Source of the DNA: a virus
Lineage: Duplodnaviria; Caudoviricetes
DNA: 26,478 bases
Virus record (IMG/VR): IMGVR_UViG_3300033485_000072
Span: 1 to 26,478 of that record
Strand: one strand, 5' to 3'
The notes beneath the pieces were generated by a model, which had not been told where the DNA came from, ran no database searches, and saw nothing but the letters and a program-made list of their open reading frames with translations. Position 1 is the stretch's first letter, and every line of letters begins with the position of its first letter. Shown here in pieces: positions 1 through 8,532 of the stretch. A program made the position numbers and the translations under genes.

Positions 1-11
1 GAAGCACACGG

Positions 12-953
12 TCACTTGAGCGCCACCTCTCCCCACTTCTCGACCACCTCGTGCGACTTCCTGTCGCTCAGGCACACGTCGCCGAAGGCGCACAGGCGCG
101 GTCGAGCCTGATTGGGCGTCAGCTCGCAGACCGCCATCTTGGGCGGCAGGATCTTGGCCTTCACCGCGTCCCGGTAGGCTTCGATCTTCGTCTTCACCTG
201 CTGATGGGGCCGGTCGTCGTAGTCCACGACGACCTCCTTGCACATCAGATCGGTAGCGGCCGCGCCTCCCTTGTCGATGTAGAGCAGGAACCCTTTCTTC
301 GTCTTGGTCAGCCACATGTAGAGGTTGATCTGGAAGATGTTGGCCGGGTACGGCCGCGCACCGTTCGTCCAGAAGTTGGGGCCGGCCGTCTTCATCTCCA
401 GCACGGCCCGCTCCTCGTACATCGTGCCCTTGCCCAGCAGATAGAGGCCGTCGCTGTGCCCGATGATCCCCAGCTCGGGATCTGAAACGGGCACCTCTCT
501 GAACCTCCAGAGACTGTTTCGCCCCAGCTCGATGGGTCTCTCGGGGAACGACTCCATGCAGTTGGGGCAGGGCGTCAGCGGCATCGTCTGGTCCTCGACC
601 ATGTAGCCGCAGCGGGGACAGTCCCAGTTGCCCACCAGCACGCCCATCGGGCCGAAATACTGGTCCTGCCACCAGCGATGCAGGGCGGTCCCCACGTCGA
701 AGACGAGCTTGGCCTTGGGAGTCGGACGGAACGACTTCTTCCCCACCACCCCCGGGATGAGCTGCCGGAGCACCTCGAAGCGCGGGCACATGTCCATCAG
801 CTCGGATGGATGCCATCCCTCTACCCGGTCCGGGTCCCCGTTGACGTACTCGTCCTCGACCGCCTTCTCGATGGCAACGCTGAGATCGGCGATGATGGAC
901 AGCTTGGGAGAATCGGATCCCCGGTCCTGCCTCACCAGATCGCCCAGGCTCAT
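12..953 (-). CDS. Cas4-like/RecB-family PD-(D/E)XK exonuclease with Fe-S cysteines and an inserted CxxC..CxxC finger (313 aa)
   Basis: Start MSLGDL at ATG 953, overlapping the upstream stop (ATGA). Motifs HPSELMDMCPR, GTALH, GHSDG, LEMKT, QINLY, three C-terminal Cys (CELT..LCAFGDVC), plus CPRC..CPNC. Confidence 0.8.
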   Translation of the reverse strand: MSLGDLVRQDRGSDSPKLSIIADLSVAIEKAVEDEYVNGDPDRVEGWHPSELMDMCPRFEVLRQLIPGVVGKKSFRPTPKAKLVFDVGTALHRWWQDQYFGPMGVLVGNWDCPRCGYMVEDQTMPLTPCPNCMESFPERPIELGRNSLWRFREVPVSDPELGIIGHSDGLYLLGKGTMYEERAVLEMKTAGPNFWTNGARPYPANIFQINLYMWLTKTKKGFLLYIDKGGAAATDLMCKEVVVDYDDRPHQQVKTKIEAYRDAVKAKILPPKMAVCELTPNQARPRLCAFGDVCLSDRKSHEVVEKWGEVALK

Positions 954-1330
954 TGTCGCTCCATCAGGCGCTTGAAGACCGACACGGGGACCATGATCCA
1001 GTCCTGGTCCACGTCCGACGGCACGCCGGGGAAGCTGACCACCAGCCCGGGATCGCGCTGCTTCATCGCAGCCTCGCGGGCGATCTTCACCAGCCAGTCC
1101 CGTTCGACCCGGAGCGACTTCTTCCCGGTCGTCTTGCACTCCAGCAGGTGGAACTTCGAGCACACATCGCCCTTGGCGAACGGAAGCGCGCCTGACGCCG
1201 GCATCGTCCGGCCGTCGACCCGATCAGCTACCCTGGACTCCTGCTTCTTCGACAGATCCTTTCCGGACAAGCCCAGGCCGCGAGGCTTGGGCTTGCTGGG
1301 CGCGTGATCGAAGAAGTTGGTCCTAAGCAT
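950..1330 (-). CDS. Holliday junction resolvase-like PD-(D/E)XK endonuclease (126 aa)
   Basis: QESRVA..PASGA..KGDV..LLECKTT pattern typical of phage Hjc-like resolvases; lies next to recA. Confidence 0.7.
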   Translation of the reverse strand: MLRTNFFDHAPSKPKPRGLGLSGKDLSKKQESRVADRVDGRTMPASGALPFAKGDVCSKFHLLECKTTGKKSLRVERDWLVKIAREAAMKQRDPGLVVSFPGVPSDVDQDWIMVPVSVFKRLMERQ

Positions 1331-2666
1331 GGCGCATCCGGCGCTCGTTCATCTTCCGGATGATCTCGCCGCGTACCGCATCGGCGAGTAGGTTGTCGGT
1401 CGTCATCGCCGCCAGCAGCTCCTTCTGCGTCTTGAAGGGCTTGCCCCCGGCGTCATACTCCCCCTTCTCCCGTCCGATGGCTCCCTCTCGGAGCCCGACT
1501 TCGAGGAGGACTTGCGGCTCGGAGGTGGACCCGGGGTCGTTGCCCTCGTGCGGGTGGAGCCAGATGACGAACTCGCCCTCCTCGTTGGGCGGGCAGACCT
1601 TCGACTTCTCGACCTTCACCTTGAGCAGACGGTTGAGGGTCTCCCCCGTGTCCTCCAGCTTCGTGTACTTGCCGCCGTGGAACTTGAGCGTCAGCGAGTT
1701 GGCGAAGCCCTGCCCCTTCCCGCAGGGGAGCACGTCGGGGCAGCCGTAGAAGACGCCGATCTTCTCGCGGACCTGATTGATCAGGATGATCGTCGGACGA
1801 GGCCCGGTCTCGTCGAGATCCACCGCCGTCTGGCCGGAAGCCCACCTGCGGAGGGCCTTGTTGACCAGCCGGGCAGCGAGACCCTGCTGCCACTTCTCAG
1901 CCGACTCCTCGATCTCCTTCTGAGGAGTCATCATCGCTATCGAGTCGAACACCATCAGGTCGCACTGTCCGGTGCGGAGCACCTCGGCGGAGATGTCGAT
2001 GACCTGCTCGGCGGTCTCCGAGCGGATCACGAGGACGTCCGATCGATCCACGCCGACCATGTCGGCGAAGCTTGGGTCGAACTCCTCGATGGCGGCCCAG
2101 GCCACCGCCAGACCCTCGTTGCCCCCGCACTTCGGACATCTCTTCGTGCGGGTCTTCTCGATCCGGTACTTGGCCTCCTTCGGCAGGTTCTTCCCCTGCC
2201 AGATGCGGAGACCCCGGAACTCGCCGTCCTCGGTGTCGGTCAGGCCCTTGCCCTTCTCGTCATTCTTCTTGGCGACCAGAGCATCCAGCCGGTCGAGGCG
2301 TTCGATGAATTCCTTGGCCTCCTTGCCGGACACGATGATCTTGCCGGAGTCGCCCACGAACGTCGGCTGCATGCCCAGATCGGCCATGAGCATGCGGCAC
2401 TTTCGGCAGGTGTTCTGGGCGCGCTTCACCGCCTTCAGGGCCGTGAATGTCTTGCCGCTCGACCAGTCGCCCCAGAAGATGATGATCCTGCCCTCGGGAA
2501 GGCCGCCGTAGGTGATACTGTCGATGGCCAGGACTTCGGTCGGGATGCGCCCGACCGCGAAGGCTTCCTCGTCGCTCCCGATGGTGATGTACTTGCCGTC
2601 GTACTTCTTGTTCACCGCCGCCAAAAGCTCGTCGAACTTAGACTTTCCCAACCCGCACCAGTCCAA
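1323..2666 (-). CDS. recA: RecA/UvsX-like recombinase with ~95-aa CxxC..CxxC insertion
   Basis: GGLPEGRII..GDWSSGKT (Walker A), VFDSIAMM (Walker B), ARLVNKALR, ILINQVREKIG, KVKVEKSKV. TTG start uncertain (2666 or 2651). Confidence 0.9.
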   Translation of the reverse strand: MDWCGLGKSKFDELLAAVNKKYDGKYITIGSDEEAFAVGRIPTEVLAIDSITYGGLPEGRIIIFWGDWSSGKTFTALKAVKRAQNTCRKCRMLMADLGMQPTFVGDSGKIIVSGKEAKEFIERLDRLDALVAKKNDEKGKGLTDTEDGEFRGLRIWQGKNLPKEAKYRIEKTRTKRCPKCGGNEGLAVAWAAIEEFDPSFADMVGVDRSDVLVIRSETAEQVIDISAEVLRTGQCDLMVFDSIAMMTPQKEIEESAEKWQQGLAARLVNKALRRWASGQTAVDLDETGPRPTIILINQVREKIGVFYGCPDVLPCGKGQGFANSLTLKFHGGKYTKLEDTGETLNRLLKVKVEKSKVCPPNEEGEFVIWLHPHEGNDPGSTSEPQVLLEVGLREGAIGREKGEYDAGGKPFKTQKELLAAMTTDNLLADAVRGEIIRKMNERRMRHA

Positions 2667-2676
2667 TCGATTGGAC
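2661..2676. promoter_or_regulatory. Perfect 16-bp palindrome GTCCAATCGATTGGAC at the recA start, a candidate operator
   Basis: Exact dyad symmetry read from the sequence; located in the recA 5' region. Confidence 0.5.
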
Positions 2677-2708
2677 GAATTCCCCCATCCCCCTGCGGCT
2701 CGGCGCGG

Positions 2709-3068
2709 CTATGTGTCGCTCTTGGGCGATGCCTCCCTCACCGACTTGCGCTCCTGGGCGAGACGTGAATCCACCCAGCGGTTCACCTTGTCGTACATCG
2801 TGTTGATCGCGTCCTTCTCGGGCTTGCACGGCATCGACAGGTGGACCGACACCGACACGGACTCGAAGTTGCCGATGTTGAGCGTCAGCTTCTTCGTGAT
2901 TCCCACCACGGCCGGCGCGGCAGGAAGATCCTTCTGGTCCTCGGCCGACATCGTCGCGTCCTCCTTCTTGAGAGTTACGGTCTCCTTTCCTCCCCCCGCG
3001 AAACGAGCCGTCTGCGTCACCTCGATCTGAGCTTCGCCGTTCTGCGCCCGCTCCCTATCAGCCTCCAA
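2709..3068 (-). CDS. Conserved phage hypothetical protein (119 aa)
   Basis: SD GGGGAG before TTG; TLNIGNFESVSVSV motif resembles small phage proteins found near recA/polA. Confidence 0.6.
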   Translation of the reverse strand: MEADRERAQNGEAQIEVTQTARFAGGGKETVTLKKEDATMSAEDQKDLPAAPAVVGITKKLTLNIGNFESVSVSVHLSMPCKPEKDAINTMYDKVNRWVDSRLAQERKSVREASPKSDT

Positions 3069-3606
3069 CGGTCTCCCCCTTCCGGAGCTTCTCCTCCGTA
3101 TCTCGTATCGCTTGGTACTTCTCGTTCACGAGCTTGCCGAAGGCCCCGTTCACCATCCCCGACCTGAGCGCCTCGATGCGGGTGTCTCGAACGAGGTTGA
3201 GGTACTGGATCGAGAAGAGGTGCTTGCCCGAGGTGGACGACACCGTCGGGGGCGGAAGCGTCCCACTCCTGAGCCAGTTGTTGAGCGACCCCAGCGAGAT
3301 GTCGAGAGAAGTCGCCACGACGGATGCCGTGACGAACTCCCCGACCGGCCACCGCTTCACCTTCTGCGGACCCAGCTCGTGCAGATCGATCTTCTGGGAC
3401 TGCAGCTCGGCCGCGTACTTCCTGGCCTCGACTATCCGCTCCTTGCGGCGCTCCAGCGCCTTCTGGCGGGCGCGCTCGCGGGCCTTCTCCTGCATCCGAG
3501 TACGGTGCTCGGGGTCGTTCGCGTAGCGCAGCCGGCGCTTGGCGAGGATCGCCGGCTTGTGCTTCTTGTAGTAGCGAGCGAAATAGGCAGACTTGTCCTT
3601 CACCAT
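3058..3606 (-). CDS. MerR-like/excisionase-type HTH DNA-binding protein with basic N-terminal helix (182 aa)
   Basis: VTASVVATSLDISLGSLNNWLRSGTLPPP..GKHLFS matches the MerR-type HTH pattern; SD GGAGG. Confidence 0.7.
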   Translation of the reverse strand: MVKDKSAYFARYYKKHKPAILAKRRLRYANDPEHRTRMQEKARERARQKALERRKERIVEARKYAAELQSQKIDLHELGPQKVKRWPVGEFVTASVVATSLDISLGSLNNWLRSGTLPPPTVSSTSGKHLFSIQYLNLVRDTRIEALRSGMVNGAFGKLVNEKYQAIRDTEEKLRKGETVGG

Positions 3607-3625
3607 GAGCTTCCTCCCGGCGACT

Positions 3626-3653
3626 ATTATGACTCAATGCGAGTTTGTGTCAA
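3626..3653 (-). promoter_or_regulatory. Sigma70-type promoter TTGACA-N16-CATAAT with a small dyad (ACTC-N5-GAGT) in the spacer
   Basis: Near-consensus hexamers in an AT-rich intergenic patch upstream of the HTH gene. Confidence 0.65.
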
Positions 3654-3663
3654 TGTTCTCCCC

Positions 3664-3993
3664 TCAGAAAGTGATGTCGTTTGGATCTTCTTCCTGGGCC
3701 TCGACATTCGGGACGAAGGCGAACTCCGTCGGGTCACGCGCACAGACGTGGAACGATCCCGGGATCGTCCGAGACTCGTTGGCCGCCCCGAACAGGGATC
3801 CGCAGACCGGGCAGGTCTTGTCGATGTTCGCCACTTCCCGCTGGATCTTCGCGCGAGCCGCCGCCGGACCCGGGCAGTCGGGAGCCCAGGCGCACCCGTC
3901 ACACGGTGTCTCGTTCTTCCCCAGGATCGACTGAAGAGCCGCCCGCTCCGCCGGGGACAGCCGGCACTCCTTCGGGAATGCTATTCCCGCCAT
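3664..3993 (-). CDS. Cys-rich putative zinc-binding protein with acidic C-terminal tail (109 aa)
   Basis: CDGC..C, CPVC, HVC; ends EEDPNDITF; SD AGGAGG. Confidence 0.65.
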   Translation of the reverse strand: MAGIAFPKECRLSPAERAALQSILGKNETPCDGCAWAPDCPGPAAARAKIQREVANIDKTCPVCGSLFGAANESRTIPGSFHVCARDPTEFAFVPNVEAQEEDPNDITF

Positions 3994-4002
3994 GGAGACC
4001 TC

Positions 4003-5424
4003 CTACGTGATGAACTTGACCTGCCAGTCGCGACGCCCGTATAGCTGAAGTCTCTTCCGCAGGAATGGCTCACAGAGATGGGGCTCATCGTCAGCGATGT
4101 CGACGATGACCGGCTGTTTCTTGCCGTCCATCAGCCGGCAGATGCGGCCCGTCGCCTGCTCCACGTCCGAGTGCGGTGTGGCCAGGAATCCCACGTCGAG
4201 CGACGGGATGTCCAGGGCCTCCTGCGCCATCTGGAAGGTGCCCAGGATCACCTGACAGCCCTCTGAGACGGACCGCGCCTCGGAAGTCATGCCGCCCACG
4301 TACCGGCCGACCTTGGCGTTCGGATTCTGGGCGTGGATCAGATCCTTGAGATGGTCCAGATGGTTCAGCCGGTCGGATAGGAGGAGAGACTTCCTCCCCT
4401 CCCGGATGGACTTCAAGATGATCTCCGCGATCATCCGGTTCCTGCTCGGGTCCGTCGCCATCAGATTCAGCAGCTTGGCGAGATAGACTTTCTTGATCCG
4501 GTATTCACCGAAGCCGACGGGTCGCACCCAGGCGTACTGTCGAACGTCGTAGCCGGGATGGTAGCGGACCACGTAGATCGTCGGCTTCATGGCTTCACCG
4601 GAGTCGGAAGCCAGGATCTCCCCGAAGTTGGCCCGGATCACTGGCCACATGCCGTCCTTGCGCGCAGGCGTGGCCGTCAGCCCCAGCCGGTACCGACTTG
4701 AGAATCGCATCACCGCCTTGTGCCACAGGTCGGCCCCATGTCGGTGAACCTCGTCCACCAGCACCAGACCTGCCCAGGAGTAGAGCCTCGGATCGTACTC
4801 GCGCTCCACTATCGACTGGAGCATCGCCACCGCGATCCGTCGGCCATCGAACTCGCACCGGTTCTGCTGGATGATCCCAACCTCGTCCCGGGGGACGCCC
4901 ATCCACTGCTCGATCCGGTCGCGCCACTGGTCTACGAGGAATTCCTTGTGCGCCAGGATCAGTGTGGTCCGCCCCATCATCGACGCCAGCTTGCAGCCCA
5001 TCACCGTCTTGCCGGTCCCGCACGGAGCGCACAGGATGCCGTTCAAGATCCCGTTGCGGAACTTCTGCGCCACCGAGTTGACCAGCCGATCCTGCACCCT
5101 CTTCATCTCGGGGCGCTGGGACTGGAGGGACTCGTTGAAGTCCATCTGGACCGGCGTCCCGTTGGACAGGTTGTCCACGAACTGCGACCCCCGCAGCACG
5201 CTGAACTGTCGCATGACCGAAAGGCCGTACGCCCTCGGGACCACCAGCCAGTCCCCGTCGATGTCGTACATGATGAGCTGTTTGGGGACGTCTTCTCCGC
5301 CGAAGAGCTTGCCGTTGATCGTCGGGGAGATGGTCAGCTCCCCCCGAATCTGATCCACCTCGCTCTCGGAGAGGAGGGACCTGGGGATGCGCAGTGCGGC
5401 TCCAAGAATAGGCAGTATCGCCAC
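4003..5424 (-). CDS. Superfamily 2 DExH helicase (UvsW/ResIII/XPB-like, 473 aa)
   Basis: APCGTGKT, VDEVH, GLTATP, LDIPSLD, QATGRICR. Confidence 0.9.
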   Translation of the reverse strand: MAILPILGAALRIPRSLLSESEVDQIRGELTISPTINGKLFGGEDVPKQLIMYDIDGDWLVVPRAYGLSVMRQFSVLRGSQFVDNLSNGTPVQMDFNESLQSQRPEMKRVQDRLVNSVAQKFRNGILNGILCAPCGTGKTVMGCKLASMMGRTTLILAHKEFLVDQWRDRIEQWMGVPRDEVGIIQQNRCEFDGRRIAVAMLQSIVEREYDPRLYSWAGLVLVDEVHRHGADLWHKAVMRFSSRYRLGLTATPARKDGMWPVIRANFGEILASDSGEAMKPTIYVVRYHPGYDVRQYAWVRPVGFGEYRIKKVYLAKLLNLMATDPSRNRMIAEIILKSIREGRKSLLLSDRLNHLDHLKDLIHAQNPNAKVGRYVGGMTSEARSVSEGCQVILGTFQMAQEALDIPSLDVGFLATPHSDVEQATGRICRLMDGKKQPVIVDIADDEPHLCEPFLRKRLQLYGRRDWQVKFIT

Positions 5425-5438
5425 CGGTCCTCCTCTCT

Positions 5439-5462
5439 ACCCTAATGGAGGGGCGCGCAGGG
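5439..5462 (-). promoter_or_regulatory. CCCTGCG-N11-TAGGGT element upstream of the SF2 helicase
   Basis: Copy of the dispersed motif; spacer CCCCTCC is complementary to the downstream GGAGG. Confidence 0.55.
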
Positions 5463-7490
5463 CTATTCGCCCGTCTCCTCCGGCTCCTCTTCCTCGTCCT
5501 CGAACTCGTCGACCGGCTCCGGCTTCTCATCGACGACCTGCTGAACGGCGACAGGAGCCGTGGACTGGGCGGCCGGCGGAGCAGGCTCGGGCTTCTTCAC
5601 GCCCTTCTTGGCCTCCACCCAGTTGCGCCCTACGTGGGCCTCGGCCAGGAACTCGATGGCCTGCCCGGTGACGGCTCGCTGCATCCTGAAGGTCATCCAC
5701 TTGGCGACGTCCTCGGCCTCGTTCTCCGGGGACTCGAAGATCAGCTCGTCGTGCACCTGCACGAGCATCTTGATCTCTTTCCAGACCGCCGGAGAGAAGT
5801 GAAGCGTCTTCTCGCCGATGTCCACCGGGGTTCCGCTCTGACGCCCCTCGGACATGTCCCCCATCAGATCGCGCATGGCGAGCTGGATCAGGTCCTGCGC
5901 CGATCCCTGCACGATGGAATTCCAGAGGACCCAGCCCTCCCACCACACGTCCTTCGGATCACGGCCGTAGCAGAACTTCATCCTCCGGCGGCGACCGGTG
6001 ATCGTCGTCCCGTAGCCCTGCTCGACCAGCAGCTTCACGCAGTGGTCGTGCATCGCGGGGATCTCGGGATACATCGCCGTCAGGAACAGCTCGCGCAGGC
6101 GCACGCACTCGGCGTAGGGGATGCCTGGGTTGTCCTGGGAGAAGGAGTCAGCCGACCGTCCGTAGAAGTAGCCGAAGTTGGCGATCTTGGCGTTCCTCCG
6201 GGCCTCCTCCTTTCCCATCTTCACCTCGTCGAAGCGGTCGATCCCGAAGGCCGCGTAGGTCTGACGGGTCGCCTCGTGCAGGTCGAGACCCTGCGCGTAC
6301 TTCTCGATGATGTTCGACTTCCCGAAGGTCCGGTAGGCGATCAGCCCGCCCATCCGCAGTTCGAGCTGGTTGTAGTCGGAGTCCACCAGCATCTTTCCCG
6401 GAGGAGCGATCACCGACTCTCGGATGCCTCCCTTGGTGGCGATGTTCTGGAAGTTGATGTTGTTGCTGCTCAGCCGGCCGGTGATCGTCCCGGTCTGCCT
6501 GAAGCTCGAATGGACACGACCGTCGGGGGATGTCTTCGCGCGCGCCTGCAGCGGGATCGCGTAGGTCGAGAGCAACTTCTTCGACTTCCTGAACTCCATC
6601 AGCTTGTCCACGACTGGGTGGTCGCCCTTGTACCGCTTCAGCGTCTTCTTGTCGGTGGACCACTGCCTCGACTTCACCTTCCACTCGTGACCCTGCTTGA
6701 TGACGATCTTCAGGGCGCTCGCCGGGCCGAACATCAGGGCCGCGAGCTGCTTCGAGGAGCCTGGATTGAATTTGGAGTTGCCGGAGATGGCTCGCAGCTC
6801 CTCCAGGACCGCGTTGTTCTGCTTCAGCAGATCGTCTTCGACCTTCTTGAGCTGGGAGAGATCCATGAGGCAGCCATTCATCTCCATCTCGACGATGGCC
6901 CGAGACACCTGCATCGAGATGCGCTCGAAGAACTTCATCAGCCCCTCTTCCCGCAGCCGGGGCTCGATCTTGTCCACGTAGATGATGTAGGTGTACTTCG
7001 AGTCGTCGCGGCCGTAGGCCAGGGCCAGATCGTCCACGATGCCCTGCATCAGCCTCGTGTCCTCGTATTCGCCCATGTCCACGCCGAGGAGGATCTTGGC
7101 CTGCTTCTTGAGTCCGATCTGCTTGGACTTGGCCAGCATCTCGTCGAGCAGCCAGACGCCGACCATCCCGTCAGCGTCCTTGCAGAGCACGTCGAAACCG
7201 CGATAGCGCAACTGGCGGATATCGAAAGGCCCGTTCCAGTTGATGCCGACCTTCTCCTTGAAGGAGAAGACGTGCTCGATCCTGGTCCGCATAGCGGGAT
7301 CTGACCAGTGGAGATGGGGCACAGGCCCCGCGAAGGGAATGGCCCATGCCCCATCTGCCGTGGCCAGCGAGAGGATCAGCAGCTCGCACTTGAGGTGATC
7401 GAGACCAGTGGTCTCGGTGTCGTACGAGAATCGATCGGCCTTCTCGACCGATGCGATTGCAGCGTCGAACAGATCCAGCACAGGATCCAC
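5463..7490 (-). CDS. polA: Family A DNA polymerase (3'-5' exonuclease plus polymerase, no 5' nuclease; 675 aa)
   Basis: Exo I YDTETTG, Exo II NGPFD, Exo III YGRDD, TITGRLSS, motif A DYNQLELR, motif B RRNAKIANFGYFYG, motif C QVHDEL. Confidence 0.95.
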   Translation of the reverse strand: MDPVLDLFDAAIASVEKADRFSYDTETTGLDHLKCELLILSLATADGAWAIPFAGPVPHLHWSDPAMRTRIEHVFSFKEKVGINWNGPFDIRQLRYRGFDVLCKDADGMVGVWLLDEMLAKSKQIGLKKQAKILLGVDMGEYEDTRLMQGIVDDLALAYGRDDSKYTYIIYVDKIEPRLREEGLMKFFERISMQVSRAIVEMEMNGCLMDLSQLKKVEDDLLKQNNAVLEELRAISGNSKFNPGSSKQLAALMFGPASALKIVIKQGHEWKVKSRQWSTDKKTLKRYKGDHPVVDKLMEFRKSKKLLSTYAIPLQARAKTSPDGRVHSSFRQTGTITGRLSSNNINFQNIATKGGIRESVIAPPGKMLVDSDYNQLELRMGGLIAYRTFGKSNIIEKYAQGLDLHEATRQTYAAFGIDRFDEVKMGKEEARRNAKIANFGYFYGRSADSFSQDNPGIPYAECVRLRELFLTAMYPEIPAMHDHCVKLLVEQGYGTTITGRRRRMKFCYGRDPKDVWWEGWVLWNSIVQGSAQDLIQLAMRDLMGDMSEGRQSGTPVDIGEKTLHFSPAVWKEIKMLVQVHDELIFESPENEAEDVAKWMTFRMQRAVTGQAIEFLAEAHVGRNWVEAKKGVKKPEPAPPAAQSTAPVAVQQVVDEKPEPVDEFEDEEEEPEETGE

Positions 7491-7535
7491 GTTCCACCGC
7501 CTTCCGGGTGAAGTTATCGTCCCAGGCGTGCGGAA

Positions 7536-8375
7536 CTAGAAATCGATGCTCTCGGCCGGTCCCTTGGCCCCCTGCTCCGGCGTCCCCGGAGCCGGCGCTT
7601 CTCCGGTCGCCCCCGACGGGGCTCCCACCGTCGCCTTCGAGGTCTCTCCCTGGACGACGGACTTCCTGTCCCTCGGGGCCTGGACGCGGCCGCTCTTCAG
7701 GAGCTTCTCCAGCTCGGCCTTCGGCTGCGGAGCGAAGAGCTTGGGGTACGGGTACGGGTCGATGGTGAGCGGCTCCTGACCCTGCTGCGGAGCCGGCAGG
7801 AGCGCCTTTACCTCGTCGGCGGACAGCCGCTTGACGAAGTTGTAGTCGTTCCCGGTGACGACCGACCGCTCGTTGGTCCTGCCGACGTAGAACTGGCAGT
7901 ACCGGAGCTGGCCGTCGTTGAGCTGGCCGGTCTTCTGGAGGGCCTGCGACTTCGAGCGGATCAGCTCGATGGCCTCGACCTTCGCGGCCAGGATCCGCTT
8001 CGACCAGTGCTTCACGCCGTCCTTGTCGACCCATTCCGCCATGACGGTGTACATCCCGACGTAATACTTGTAGTGCCCGGCCGAGCAGATCGGGCAGGGC
8101 GGGTCGATCTTGGCGAGGCAGGTGAACCAGTTCTTCCAGTCCCCGTCCACCGTCAGGTTGTGCTCGTTGAAGCAGAAGGGGACGACCGGCTGCTTGACGA
8201 CCTCGCCCGATCCCGGAAGCTCGACCTCGCGGACCTTGGTGAAGTCGTCGAGGAAGACGATGTTCTGCGACTGGCCGACCTTCAGGAAGAAACGCCACGG
8301 AGAGTTGCGCCGCTGCTCGCGAGCCCGCTTCTCCGCTTCCATCCCATCGTAGCCCGTCTCATACCACGTTCCCAC
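7536..8375 (-). CDS. Single-stranded DNA-binding protein, T4 gp32-like with zinc site (279 aa)
   Basis: EH..WFTC..PCPIC zinc ligands, aromatic-rich core, flexible tail ending ESIDF; lies between primase and polymerase. Confidence 0.7.
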   Translation of the reverse strand: MGTWYETGYDGMEAEKRAREQRRNSPWRFFLKVGQSQNIVFLDDFTKVREVELPGSGEVVKQPVVPFCFNEHNLTVDGDWKNWFTCLAKIDPPCPICSAGHYKYYVGMYTVMAEWVDKDGVKHWSKRILAAKVEAIELIRSKSQALQKTGQLNDGQLRYCQFYVGRTNERSVVTGNDYNFVKRLSADEVKALLPAPQQGQEPLTIDPYPYPKLFAPQPKAELEKLLKSGRVQAPRDRKSVVQGETSKATVGAPSGATGEAPAPGTPEQGAKGPAESIDF

Positions 8376-8389
8376 AGTGAGACTCCTTT

Positions 8390-8496
8390 CGATTTCCTAT
8401 AGCCTATGGAGATGATGGTGAAGAGCGAAGGGATGGGCGCGACCGACTCCCTTCGTATGCCCTACGGCCTATCGCCTATCACCTATCGATCTCAAT
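8390..8496 (-). promoter_or_regulatory. Structured 5' leader of the SSB gene with 7-nt-periodic (A/G)TAGG repeats
   Basis: Plus-strand CCTA(T/C) at 8396, 8403, 8461, 8468, 8475, 8482; inner 8-bp stem 8426-8433/8448-8455; bulged outer stem 8406-8421/8479-8496. Confidence 0.5.
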
Positions 8497-8502
8497 ACCC
8501 GC

Positions 8503-8530
8503 AACCTACGACACATACCATGAAAGTCAA
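8503..8530 (-). promoter_or_regulatory. Sigma70-type promoter TTGACT-N16-TAGGTT for the SSB-polA unit
   Basis: Hexamers lie directly after the primase stop; predicted start site near 8496. Confidence 0.5.
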
Positions 8531-8532
8531 GA

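Noticed and set aside
1-15. Possible next gene starting at GTG 15 (GTGA overlap)
   Set aside because: Only five codons are visible, so it cannot be supported.
2115-2411. RecA insertion as an intein
   Set aside because: No C-terminal HN/GN followed by C/S/T, no recognisable TxxH block; bounded by CxxC pairs instead.
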